A stretch of 64,000 nt of DNA from Lepidodermella squamata (taxonomy: Eukaryota; Animalia; Gastrotricha): positions 4,402,001 through 4,466,000 of the forward strand of contig JBLDXI010000003.1 of the NCBI GenBank assembly GCA_047495785.1, read 5' to 3'. A program made the translations under genes and the position numbers. This document shows, in pieces, positions 13,470-24,550 of this stretch. The first letter of the stretch is position 1, and the number at the start of each line of letters is the position of its first letter. The notes under the pieces are model-generated. The model searched no databases and had not been told where the DNA came from. It was given only the letters and a program-made list of their open reading frames with translations.

Positions 13470-14702
13470 ATGTCAGCTGCGACATCAGCCGATCACTCCG
13501 AGAGCGTTGTTAAAAGTGCCTCATTTTTGCACAATTTAAGGGAAGCAATTTTGTGGCCGTATCACACCGTAATCCGAATTTACGCTTTGATCGCTGTCGT
13601 CTTCCATAGCATTGCCAATGGAATTCATGCCTGCATCGATGGATACTTTTCATTTATTGACAAAGTTCATCGTGGCTACTGCTCGATTTGTGCCTCAATC
13701 GTCGCTTGCGTCAACAAAGTGGTACAGACGTATAAGAGGACGAAAGCGTTCATAAGCAATTCATGCCAGTCAGTTTCTACGTTCTGCTCTGTTGTTGTTA
13801 ACTCAATCTTCCAATTTTTCAACGCGCTTGTTTCATTTTATGTTTCTTGCAAGCTTAGAGTTTTAGCACTGTATTGTTCGATTTGTAATTTTTTCAGTTC
13901 CCTCAGAAACAGTATCTCAAATTTTAAGCAAAATTGTTACAATTGTGTGGTTTCTGTTTTTGATTTTGTTGCAAACATTTCCGTTCGCGTTCGTAAATCT
14001 AAAGAGTCAGTAGTTGAAAAGTATTCACACACTGAGAAAAGTGTTTCTGCTCACGTTGGTAATGCTAAAACTTGGATTAGCGAGCATAAAATGATTAGTG
14101 CCGCCTTTGTTGTTTGTGCCATAGCTGTTTGTGTGCCATTCATCAGCCTTATTTCTGATATATGGATGGGAGAATTTGATTCGGCGGCAGAAAAAGCCGA
14201 TCGCTATGGAAGATCTGTTCAGGTGCTGTATTTGTTAATATATCGTATATTTATCGAGCCTGTTTTATGGCTCAGTCGTTATATTTTCACCACCTTGTTC
14301 GGCTTTGCTTTTATAATCTTCGAATCGACTGCTGTCTTTCTGTACGATGCCCTTAGTCATGCCGCGCTTGTACTTTATTCTATTTCATCTTTTGTAATGC
14401 GTTACATATATGTCACCGCGTCTCTGCTGTACGCTGCTTATGAGCGATACGCCATGAGCAAGGAAGTAATTTTCACCTGCTTCTGTCTCCTGTTGTTGCG
14501 CATTTGGTTCTTTCCGTCCTCGGCGGCAAGCGACCGGCGCATTTCCGACGACGTATCGACTCAAGACCCCGACGATGATCTGCTTCCTGTGAATGATTTC
14601 GAAGATTTAGGCAACGACACTTTCCCGAGCCCCAGTGAATCCGATGAAGACGAGGAAATGTTGCGATTTATGCCGAACGAGGGAGCGGAGTTGTCGGATT
14701 AG
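13470..14702 (+). CDS. Uncharacterised 410-aa protein: long Cys/Ser/Phe-rich amphipathic helical region, several hydrophobic segments, acidic C-terminal tail
   Basis: Uninterrupted 1233-nt ORF, splice acceptor TTTTAG at ~13437 upstream, organised composition; no family recognised. Confidence 0.8.
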   Translation: MSAATSADHSESVVKSASFLHNLREAILWPYHTVIRIYALIAVVFHSIANGIHACIDGYFSFIDKVHRGYCSICASIVACVNKVVQTYKRTKAFISNSCQSVSTFCSVVVNSIFQFFNALVSFYVSCKLRVLALYCSICNFFSSLRNSISNFKQNCYNCVVSVFDFVANISVRVRKSKESVVEKYSHTEKSVSAHVGNAKTWISEHKMISAAFVVCAIAVCVPFISLISDIWMGEFDSAAEKADRYGRSVQVLYLLIYRIFIEPVLWLSRYIFTTLFGFAFIIFESTAVFLYDALSHAALVLYSISSFVMRYIYVTASLLYAAYERYAMSKEVIFTCFCLLLLRIWFFPSSAASDRRISDDVSTQDPDDDLLPVNDFEDLGNDTFPSPSESDEDEEMLRFMPNEGAELSD

Positions 14703-15571
14703 TCATCCGATACCTGGAGTGACTTGATGTATCGAAGTCGGTATTAACTTGCGCGTTATTTTTCATGACTGTATTGAATTCGAATCTTCACGCTGTCTCC
14801 CTTATCACGTGTGCCTAACTGCGCCAACCTCGAATCGCTTCTATTAGTATTTTTCCACCGATCGCATTATGACAATAATTTTGTTTGGATTTAAAACTGA
14901 AAAATATGACAAAAAGTTGGCGAATCGAGATTTACAAGGAACGAGTGCTATAAAAATGACAGATTCATTATGTATAAGGTTAACATATCTTTTTGCATTT
15001 TAGGTTTTAATTGACTGAAGTGTTTACACAACGTTTGTTGGCGTCGACTTTCAAACAACTGGATTGTTACCGAGAACGGTGTTATCCGCTCGCGTCGTTT
15101 AATTCAAGTTTCTTGCTTCCTTTCTGCGTTTCGTTGTTTTGTTTGAGTTGGCTCACTGTTTTTGACGCAGTTTATTATTGTTGCACATGGGAAAGTTGGG
15201 TCTTTCTTACTCACTCACTCATTTGCGCAGTATTATATTCCGAAATTGCGCGCGTCTTGTAATTTTTAGTAATTTTATACACTATTCTCATGCTCACAAG
15301 TTGCATATTTACTTTTGACGACATTGCTTTATAGAAGTCGCCGCTAATAGTGGTCACGAAGCTCCACCGTCCTTCTAATAAAGGTCGCAATCGTATTTTT
15401 ATTAACTACTACGCTGATGGCTGAGGTTGTTTGGGTGTTGGCACGAGCGCCTCTCTCCTTTATAAAAACTGTCTTACGGCTCGCGCGACAATTGTTGATG
15501 ATTACTTTCATTTCATTGTTTTTAGGCTGATGAGAGGGCTGGTTATTGTGTAAGGTGGTTTTATTGATGGA

Positions 15572-18500
15572 ATGGCCATAGTCAGCCTGAACCCACTCGC
15601 CGAACTTTACTTTCACGGGCGGATAACCCGCGAGGATGCCGAGGAGTTACTTCGCGAAGGACCGAATGGAAAATTTTTGCTGCGTAGCCGCGAAGTGGTG
15701 AATGCTGGTTTAGATATTTTTATTATTTCTGTCGCCTTCGATGGCCAAGTGCTGCACTATTCGATTGATCGGAGGCCGGACGGCACTTACAACATTCCAG
15801 GAGGCAAGCAGTTCATCGGTCCGGTAGAAATCGTTCGCTATCACACGGCATGTCAAGATGGCATTAAAACATTACTAACTCAGCCTGTGAATCGGCCTCC
15901 CGACCTCGGCGCCGTTGTTTATTGGGGTCTAACCACAGATATCGTCGAAGCGGAGCTTTTTCAATCAGGCGGGCTGAGCCGCGAAGCCGCACGTGATGAA
16001 GTTTTGCGAATTTTTGCTAACTCTTCATCTAATAAGCCGGTTCGGTTTCGGGAATTCCTTCGCCAGATGCAGTACTCGCGCACTTGGTTTCATGGTGTGG
16101 CAGGGCGTGAAGAGGCTGAACAGCGATTAGCGGTAAGAATCAATCTATTTTATTTTTATTTTGTAGATTTTTTATGGCTCACAATCTTTTGAATTTGAAA
16201 TTTTCTGGAATTTATTTGATTCGGGCCCTGATAATTCATTCTTCGGACCTCATTATCTCGAATCCAATGCCCGTTACATATTATCCTCCTGTAATTTTAA
16301 GCTGCCAGGATTTTGCAGAAGCACCTTAATTATTTTACTGATATTTTGCATTTTTTAAACAGAAATAGAAAAATGTGATTTAGTGATGCTAAGATTACTT
16401 TATTTGTTCAAGTTAAGTGACATGACGTGATTTGTTGCGTTTGTTTCTAGGCACTTGGCATGCGTTCTGGAACGTTTCTGATCCGGCGCAAAAAGGAGTG
16501 TTTCGTGCTGAGTGTCATCCACGATCGTCAGTTCAAGCACTATTTGATCCGCGAACGCCAGAACCCGTCGGGACACTCGTCGCCGCCCGCACCGGGCGTC
16601 TGTGGCTACGGCATGGACGGGGGCCCGATGTATTCGAGTCTCATTGAGGTGCGTGGCTTTATTTTTGTGTGCACTTGGCTCGAGAGGCGGCCGATCCGTC
16701 CCACCGGCAGCGCGCTAATATGTTGTGATAGTAATGCTGCTAGTGGGCCTTTCAGCAGGTAATACAGCAAAGTGGGCGGACGTCTGCGCTGCAATAACAA
16801 TAAACGCATTTCTCTGCGTAATCTACCTTGTTTGACGTGTTTGTTTCGTTTCCGCGCGCCGCGCTTCGCAATGTTTCTGCTGCACCTGTGTGGGAAGCTT
16901 TTCTTTCCTCCCTACGTGTGCCTGGCGTAGCGCTATTTTTCACTTGGCCGCGACGCGCTCGGGCAAGTGTCGTGCGATGACCATTTTATAACCCGCGGCC
17001 GACCACCACCGCAGCAGCAGCAGCAGGCTGATTAGCGCGCATTCATTACTCGCGGGCAAGAACTCGAGTAATTATTCGTGTCGTGCAGGCGTCGGACAAC
17101 AACAGCATAACAACAGCTTACAAGCTGCGCAAAAACACAACACAAAAAACTCAAAAACGGAAATATAAATAAACGGATTTTTTGCGTTTCTTTTCACAGC
17201 TTGTTCACTGGTATCATGCCTACTCAGACGGACTGCCGTGCGCGTTGCTGTATCCGTGCTCAAATGCCGCAAACCAGGACGAACAGAGCAACAGGCCGAG
17301 GGCGATTGAATCACCTAGTAAAGTATCCGTGGTGACAGACGTGTTGCCGTCGGCGAGAGACCAACAACAGTTGGTATCGCCACCGAAAGTTAAGCCTCAG
17401 GAACCAGTTGAACCAGACCCGGGGTCTCTGCCGAAACCTGTCCTCGACGAAGAGTTGGCGCGGAAGTTGGATGCGATTGCGCTAGAAATAAGCGTCGCCC
17501 AACCCGGCCAGAAACAGCCTGATGTTTTGAATCCGAACAAAATTCTGATAAGTGTTCAGCGACCCGCCGTCGCAGTCCGGCCAACACCAGTAATACCGAT
17601 GTGCAAACCTGCTAGCACGCCCATGCCGCCTGATCCACCCTCGGCTAAAGAACTGATGTTGCACAAAGACAAGGAGAAAAGCGACGTGGGTAAAGCGAGT
17701 CCGCCGGCTCCTGCGAAAATGGCTCCGACTAAACGGGTCATCAGGTTGCCGCAGTCTTTAGCGCGAAAGACGATGGCGCCTGCAGAACCCGGTCCTGTTG
17801 TAGGCGCCCGAGCGAATGGCCATGAACGGTCAACTTCGCCTTTCAAGCCTGTTACCACTCCTCAAAATTCGTCTTCTGGCTCGCTATCTCCGCCGACTCC
17901 GAAAATTACGCAGCAAAACTTACGCACCACCTTAATTTTTGACACGGTTCAAACTGTGGCGCAAACCAAGGAGGAATGGGACGAACCGGCTAGTGGAGGT
18001 GACAACCCGATTGCGGCAGTGAATGGGGTTTTTAGAAATGGCAATGGATCATCTCACAACAGCTCCACAAATGGAACTCTACCCCGAGCTGTAGCTCATA
18101 AACAGCCACAAAAAGAACCACCGTTACATCCCGAGCCGCTTATCCTCCAAGATTCGGTTACTAGATTAGACCCCGACTGGTTGGAAATTCATCAGACCAT
18201 AGGCCACGGGCATTTCGGCACCGTTTTATTCGGTTATTTGATTACGCCTCAGAATCGGATTCCTGTCGCGATTAAAAGTGTGCGCGAGACCGAGTCGCGG
18301 TGCGTAGAGAATTTGATTAAGGAGGCTACGACCATGTCGAATCTGACTCATCCGAATATCATCACCTTCTTCGGCGTTTGCTACATCGAAACCATTCTGT
18401 TAGTTATGGAATATGCGCCTCTGGGAACTTTGCAAAAATTTATCCGTGCCAATCGCAATTTTCCGGTCATCAAAATTGTCAAACTGATGATCCAAGTTGC

Positions 18501-19040
18501 TGATGCCATGCGATATCTCGAGAAAAACAAACTCGTTCATCGCGATTTGGCCTGTCGCAATGTGTTACTTTTGAACGAAGACCAGGCGAAAGTCAGCGAT
18601 TTCGGCATGTCGCGAGCCTTGGATGTTCAACGTGATTACTACAAAAGCCAAAACGTGGGAAAGTGGCCGCTGAAATGGTATCCTCCCGAGGCGATTTATT
18701 ACTGGAAATTCGATTCTAAGACTGATGTTTGGAGTTACGGAGTGACTCTATGGGAAGCGACAAGTTATGGCGCCCGGCCTTATCAAGGCATGGATGGATG
18801 GCAGGTTCTGAAATTCATCGAGAGCGGAAAACGTCTCGATCGCCCTCCAGCCTGTCCACCTCAATTGTACTGTCTTATGAACGAGTGCTGGAAATTCAAG
18901 TAAATTCTAGATTTTTTTGCGAGTGTCGAGCTTAACATATTTTTTTTAGATGTTCTGAGCGACCGACGTTCGAAGAGGTGCTTGTTACTATGCTTGATAT
19001 CGATTGCCAACTGGCAGCTAATGCTTCCGGCGAACCATAA
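15572..19040 (+). CDS. SYK: SYK/ZAP70-family tyrosine kinase (tandem SH2 + kinase)
   Basis: Exons ~15572-16132, 16451-16648, 17200-18899, 18949-19040. SH2-N (YFHGRITREDAEELL..GKFLLR), interdomain A, SH2-C (WFHG..GTFLIR), kinase with DYYKSQNVGKWPLKWYPPE; no ankyrin repeats, so not SHARK. Confidence 0.92.
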
Positions 19041-20171
19041 ATGCAACGAGTATTCCACCCGAATATTTGCTCCTTTATCTTCAGCTTTTTACCTCTACTC
19101 ATGTCTCTTCCAACAACAACAACGTCAATCCACCTTAATTCAGGCAATAAGTGAGTGCTTGTGTGTGGCGGCGACTTTTCGCGCATCGAGTGGAGCAAAA
19201 GCCACGGCAGCTTTTGGCGCTTTCTTTTGTCCTAATATGCAACTTTTTCTACAGAATTTATTGTTTTGCTCTTTGCAAAAGCTCTTTGACATGTGAGAAT
19301 TGATGACCTAGAATGCTGTTTTGAGCGCTAAAATAATATAAAATGATGCAAGCCTCGCAATACATATTCATGTGCCCTCTCTTATACTTATTTTGTTTTA
19401 ATTCTGCAAATTCACCTGCAAAGCCATTCTATTATACTTTTCTCTTATTCCTCAGATGAGAAATGGGCGAATTATTGCTTCTGAAAGAGAAAGTGCATTA
19501 TTATATTATTATACATTGACGAGTGAGTGATTCGCATGAAAAATTTTGACACTATTATTTGGTTGTGCAAGTGAAAGTTTATCTACCGCGCTTTTTACCT
19601 TCACATTGGGTTGTTACATACTTACTTCGTTGTTGTTACTACTTGTATTGATTACTATGCACGGTTTCATAACTCGCTAAATTTTGATCATTTATTATTT
19701 GCCAACATTGGCGGCCACATGCAATAATTTTATTGACTAATATTATTTATTTATATCAATCCTAATATTGCCAAGCTGCTGGAGCCTTAATTAATTTCGA
19801 ATCAACAGCGAGGCGAGGCGAAGCAGTTACTATTTTCGGCTTTGCTCTACCCTACGCTCTTGATTGCGTCTAATAATCTCGAATTATATTATTATTCAAC
19901 GAATCTTGAAGAAAAAACGGGCTTTTTATACAAATTTCTGCTCTATCTCTCTGTTTATCAAATCTCTGTTGTAGATATAGAATCTTCTACGTGCTTTTCG
20001 CCGTTGTTAGTGTAAGCATTGTGCAAACACTCAAAGTGGACCATGAGGACCTGGATGACAAATTTTGCTGGACCTTATTACTGCAGATTCTACTTGTCAA
20101 ACGATTTTTCAATAAAAATTGAATTTCTCATTGAATTAACCTTATTTTTCTGATTTTAGGGATTTTTTAAA

Positions 20172-22151
20172 ATGACAAAAAATCGCCCTTTGCAGTATGG
20201 CATTGAAGACACACCGCCGATTCATGTGTGTATATTGCTGGGTTTTCAGCAGTTCCTTACAATGATGGGTGGTTCGATTGCCATGCCATTGATTATTGCC
20301 GAAGCGTGTTGTGTTGGACCTGATTTGGTCGGCCGTGCTCAAATCATGGGTACCCTCATGTTCGTCAATGGTCTCAGTTCGCTCATGCAAGTCTACTTCG
20401 GCGTTCGATTGCCAATATTACAAGGCGCGTCTTTTGGCTTCGTCGTTCCCATGATGGCGATGCAGCACTTGGACGACCACCAGTGTCCTACTGCTGAGGA
20501 TTATGCAACCTGGCGAATCTTCCCTGGTAGTTCCCATCATCGCAGCATTTGGATGTCTCGGTTGGTCGAAATTCAAGGCGCTATACTCCTTGCAGGGGTG
20601 CTTGAAGTTGTTATTGGATCTCTTGGCCTTGTTTCGTGCCTTGCCCGCTTCATCGGCCCACTGACTATCGCCCCAACGATGGCATTGATCGAGCTGTCGC
20701 TGATTCACGATGTCATCCATAATTACGCTTCGAAATTTTGGCCGATCTCTCTGCTGGCAATGAGCCTTGTTCTGCTGTGTACTCTTTACCTGCCTCGCAT
20801 TACCGTTCCTATTCCGTATTTTTCTGTTACTGCGCTGATTCGAGAGCGAAAATGTAAAGGCGAAGTTGCTTGGATCAGGATTTTCTCGCTCTTCCCAGTG
20901 TTGATGGCTGTCGGAATTTCTTGGGGTGTTTACGCAATTCTAGGCCTGGCCAACGCTCTACCTCAACAGGCCGTCAATGCATCCAGCAATTCCACGACTG
21001 CTCTGCCTGATATTTACATGTCTCAAGTGTCAGCCGCGCCTTGGTTTAACATACCCTACCCTGGCCAATGGGGCGTTCCTAGAATCAACGTTGCGTTGAC
21101 AGTTGGAATGTTTGCGGCCGTAATCGCTTCCATCATTGAATCGATTGGCGACTACTGCGTTTGCGCTACTATGTGTGGCGTCTCAAAACCGCCGAGCCAT
21201 GCTATTAATCGTGGAATAACTGTCGAAGGGTTGGGTTGCATATTAGCCGGAGCGTTTGGTTGCGGCCCAGGTGTTACCTCGTACTCGGAAAATGTCGGCG
21301 CTATTAGTTTAACTGGAGTTGCTTCTCGCCGTGTCATCACTTTCACTTCAATTATTTTGCTCATTTTCGGCTGTTTCACGAAGTTCGCAACGTTTTTCGT
21401 ATTGATCCCCGACCCGATTATTGGCGGAATTATGATCGCGATTCTATCTCTGGTCGCCGCTGTTGGTATTTCAAATCTGCAATACGTCGATTTGAATTCG
21501 ACGCGAAATCTCATGATTTTTGGTCTATCGATATTTCTCGGTCTGGGCATCCCAGACTGGATCAAAGGCAACCGTGATCTCATTAAAACCGGCTCGAATC
21601 TCTTCGATCAAATTGTCATCATGTTGCTATCGACTGGGATGTTTGTGGGTGGCTTGGTCGGTTTCGTTCTCGACAATACCGTGCCGAAAGACCCTGGCAG
21701 TGGGAAAGATTTCGGCTCTGATATTATTACCCCAACTTCTGAGAGTGATAGAATTTACGACTTGCCGTGGAAGTTCGGCGATTGGGTCCGCCGATGCTCA
21801 TTTTTCCGATTTCTTCCGATTTGCCCGACTTTTGAAGCTGACTGTGTGCACAATGCCTTCCGAAATTTAATCTCACGTCGCAATAGGCCCAGAGGAAATA
21901 ATTCGGATACCGCCTCGGGTAATGGACGGGAACCACCTCAAACAGCTGGAAACTTGGATATTTCTCGCAAAAGCTCTGATGTTCCATCTGTTGCGACGGT
22001 GAACGAAGCATTCGAGTCATCAATAAGTCGAACTGTAAGCGTTGCCTCGTTAACGCTGTCATTTTCCGGGATTCCATCAGCTACGGTTTCCGCCGCTCCT
22101 CGATTAGTCCCGCTCGCGTCGTCGAGCGATGAAAAATGGACTGATTTGTGA
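20172..22151 (+). CDS. SLC23/NAT (NCS2) nucleobase-ascorbate transporter, paralog 1 (intronless)
   Basis: GVRLPILQGASF, IESIGDY, HAINRGI, signature SYSENVGAISLTG, DLNSTRNL, LDNTVP. Confidence 0.95.
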   Translation: MTKNRPLQYGIEDTPPIHVCILLGFQQFLTMMGGSIAMPLIIAEACCVGPDLVGRAQIMGTLMFVNGLSSLMQVYFGVRLPILQGASFGFVVPMMAMQHLDDHQCPTAEDYATWRIFPGSSHHRSIWMSRLVEIQGAILLAGVLEVVIGSLGLVSCLARFIGPLTIAPTMALIELSLIHDVIHNYASKFWPISLLAMSLVLLCTLYLPRITVPIPYFSVTALIRERKCKGEVAWIRIFSLFPVLMAVGISWGVYAILGLANALPQQAVNASSNSTTALPDIYMSQVSAAPWFNIPYPGQWGVPRINVALTVGMFAAVIASIIESIGDYCVCATMCGVSKPPSHAINRGITVEGLGCILAGAFGCGPGVTSYSENVGAISLTGVASRRVITFTSIILLIFGCFTKFATFFVLIPDPIIGGIMIAILSLVAAVGISNLQYVDLNSTRNLMIFGLSIFLGLGIPDWIKGNRDLIKTGSNLFDQIVIMLLSTGMFVGGLVGFVLDNTVPKDPGSGKDFGSDIITPTSESDRIYDLPWKFGDWVRRCSFFRFLPICPTFEADCVHNAFRNLISRRNRPRGNNSDTASGNGREPPQTAGNLDISRKSSDVPSVATVNEAFESSISRTVSVASLTLSFSGIPSATVSAAPRLVPLASSSDEKWTDL

Positions 22152-22623
22152 CATTTTCGTACTTCACATGGCCCACTTAATCTCATTTTCATTTGCTCAA
22201 TGAACGCTCAAATCATATCTGCAAACATTATTTCTTCACTTTTATACAGAGTTTTAATTGAATTATCGCATGTGGTTGTTCCTGATGGTTGTGAATATTC
22301 TATTATATCATTTATGCGGAGTAATATTTTACCTGCGTGTGTGCCTTGTGAGTAGTTGTTGAGGCTCAAAAATAAACCGCCTTAATTATTCGTTTCTTTC
22401 GCTATCTAGTTTTTTAAAATAATTTTTGACTGATGCCGATACATCTGACGGTTTGTTTGTTTTGCATGGTTTTGTTGTGGTTTCTCTGCTTTGCTTTCGC
22501 TTTATTTCACGCAACCTTAGCGCCATTTCTTGTCATTCGAGCATTGCTAAAATGTTTGCCTGGGCTTATTATGATCCGCCTTCGCTTTTACTCTTTTCTA
22601 ATAACGCACTTTGTGGGTGAAAT

Positions 22624-24390
22624 ATGGCTGCTCATGGGTCCTCGTCGTCTGCTATCAAATTGGCATATTCGATTGATGACGCACCGCCGATCTATCTGTG
22701 CGCTTTTCTTGGCTTGCAGCAGTTCTTGACCATGATCGGCGGCACGATTGCCACCCCGCTCATGGTTGCTCAGGCAACTTGTGTTGGTGCGGATTTGGTC
22801 GGTCGAGCTCAAATTTTGGGAACTCTCATGCTTGTGAATGGCATCTGCACCTTGCTGCAAACGCTTCTGGGTGCGCGGCTACCCATCATCCAAGGCGCTT
22901 CTTTCACGTTCATTGCACCCATGATGGCCTTGCAAAACATGGATGAATTCAAGTGCCCGGATTTCAACGCTAAAAACTCGACGATAGAGATAGGAAGTGA
23001 CCAGCATCGTGCTATTTGGATGTCTCGTCTCGTTGAGATCCAGGGTGCAATAATGGTTGCGGGGGCTTTGGAAGCTCTTCTAGGTGCTATTGGTGCAGTT
23101 GGCATTCTCCTTCGCGCGATTGGCCCTTTGACTATCGCGCCGACTATCGGTTTGGTGGGGCTGTCTTTCGCAGATGATATCGTGTCAGGCTACGCTGCTA
23201 AATATTGGCCGATCGCTATTTTGTCTCTAAGCCTAGTGATTGGATTCAGCTTATACCTGAGTGAGGTAGCTATTCCAGTTCCGAAAATTATCATTGTCAA
23301 CCGTCGCTTGAAATTTAGCTGGGCCTGGGCGAAGATTTTTGGCCTGTTTCCAGTTTTGCTATCGATTATTTTAGCTTGGGCACTTTGTGCGATTCTCACA
23401 GCTTGCAATGTAATAGGGAAGTCGCCCTCTGATTATGGATACGAGGCTAGGACTGATATTCACCTTTACGAAATTTCAGCGGCTAATTGGATCCGTTTTC
23501 CGTATCCGGGTCAATGGGGCAGACCGAGAGTGTCTCTCGCTATAGTGCTAGGAATGATAGCCGGCATAATAGCCACCATGATTGAAACTATCGGAGATTT
23601 CTACGCTTGTGCCCGCCTTTGCGGTGTCCGACCGCCACCTGCTCATGCTATTAATCGCGGAATTTTCGTAGAAGGAGTCGCCTGCATTCTAGCCGGCGCG
23701 TTCGGGTGCGGCCCTGGTGTCACTTCGTACGCAGAAAATATTGGCGCGATTGCTATTACGCGAGTGGCGAGTCGACGCGTGTTCTATGTTGCTGCCTTTC
23801 TTCTCATTTTTTTCGGCTTCGTTACGAAAATTGCAGCTGTTTTCGTATTGATTCCTGACCCGATTCTAGGCGGCGTTTTAATGGCCATGTTATCTATGGT
23901 CTCAGCGGTTGGTTTTTCGAACCTGCAATTCATGGATTTCAATTCCACGCGAAACTTGCTGATTTTCGGGCTGTCAATGTTTCTCGGCATTTCGATGCCG
24001 ATGTGGGTGAAGAATAACCAGAAAATGATAAAAACCGGGTCGGAAGTATTTGACCAGGTGCTGATTGTTCTGCTGTCGACTGGTATGCTAATCGGGGGAT
24101 TGGTCGGTTTCTGTTTGGATAACACCGTACCAGGAGCTACTCGAGCTCAACGAGGCATGATGGCCTTTGAGGGGTCGCAATCTGTTGCGGATGAAGCCCT
24201 CACTGACTGCTATGAATTGCCACTGATCGGCAAGTATATCGCTAGGTGCTCCATCAGCCGTTTTGTCCCTATTTCGCCGACTTACGATCCGTCATCATTT
24301 CGGTGCCGCCAAACGGCTGCTGTTGAGCCTCACAGCGAACCGATTCAGATGGACGAAGTTACCGATAAGATAGCCCGCACCGAACTTTGA
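22624..24390 (+). CDS. SLC23/NAT transporter, paralog 2 (intronless)
   Basis: Same motifs; signature SYAENIGAIAITR. Confidence 0.95.
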   Translation: MAAHGSSSSAIKLAYSIDDAPPIYLCAFLGLQQFLTMIGGTIATPLMVAQATCVGADLVGRAQILGTLMLVNGICTLLQTLLGARLPIIQGASFTFIAPMMALQNMDEFKCPDFNAKNSTIEIGSDQHRAIWMSRLVEIQGAIMVAGALEALLGAIGAVGILLRAIGPLTIAPTIGLVGLSFADDIVSGYAAKYWPIAILSLSLVIGFSLYLSEVAIPVPKIIIVNRRLKFSWAWAKIFGLFPVLLSIILAWALCAILTACNVIGKSPSDYGYEARTDIHLYEISAANWIRFPYPGQWGRPRVSLAIVLGMIAGIIATMIETIGDFYACARLCGVRPPPAHAINRGIFVEGVACILAGAFGCGPGVTSYAENIGAIAITRVASRRVFYVAAFLLIFFGFVTKIAAVFVLIPDPILGGVLMAMLSMVSAVGFSNLQFMDFNSTRNLLIFGLSMFLGISMPMWVKNNQKMIKTGSEVFDQVLIVLLSTGMLIGGLVGFCLDNTVPGATRAQRGMMAFEGSQSVADEALTDCYELPLIGKYIARCSISRFVPISPTYDPSSFRCRQTAAVEPHSEPIQMDEVTDKIARTEL

Positions 24391-24550
24391 ATTGCCGTGA
24401 ACCCACCTTAACTTGCTTTGGCCGCACTAACACATCACTTGTTGCTTCACCTGATCTTGGTCTAAATTCAGTCGCACTCTTTCTCAATATAAGTACTTTC
24501 CTTTTGGTTTTTAGGTATTTTATTATTAGTATCGATTTTAACGTTGAGTC

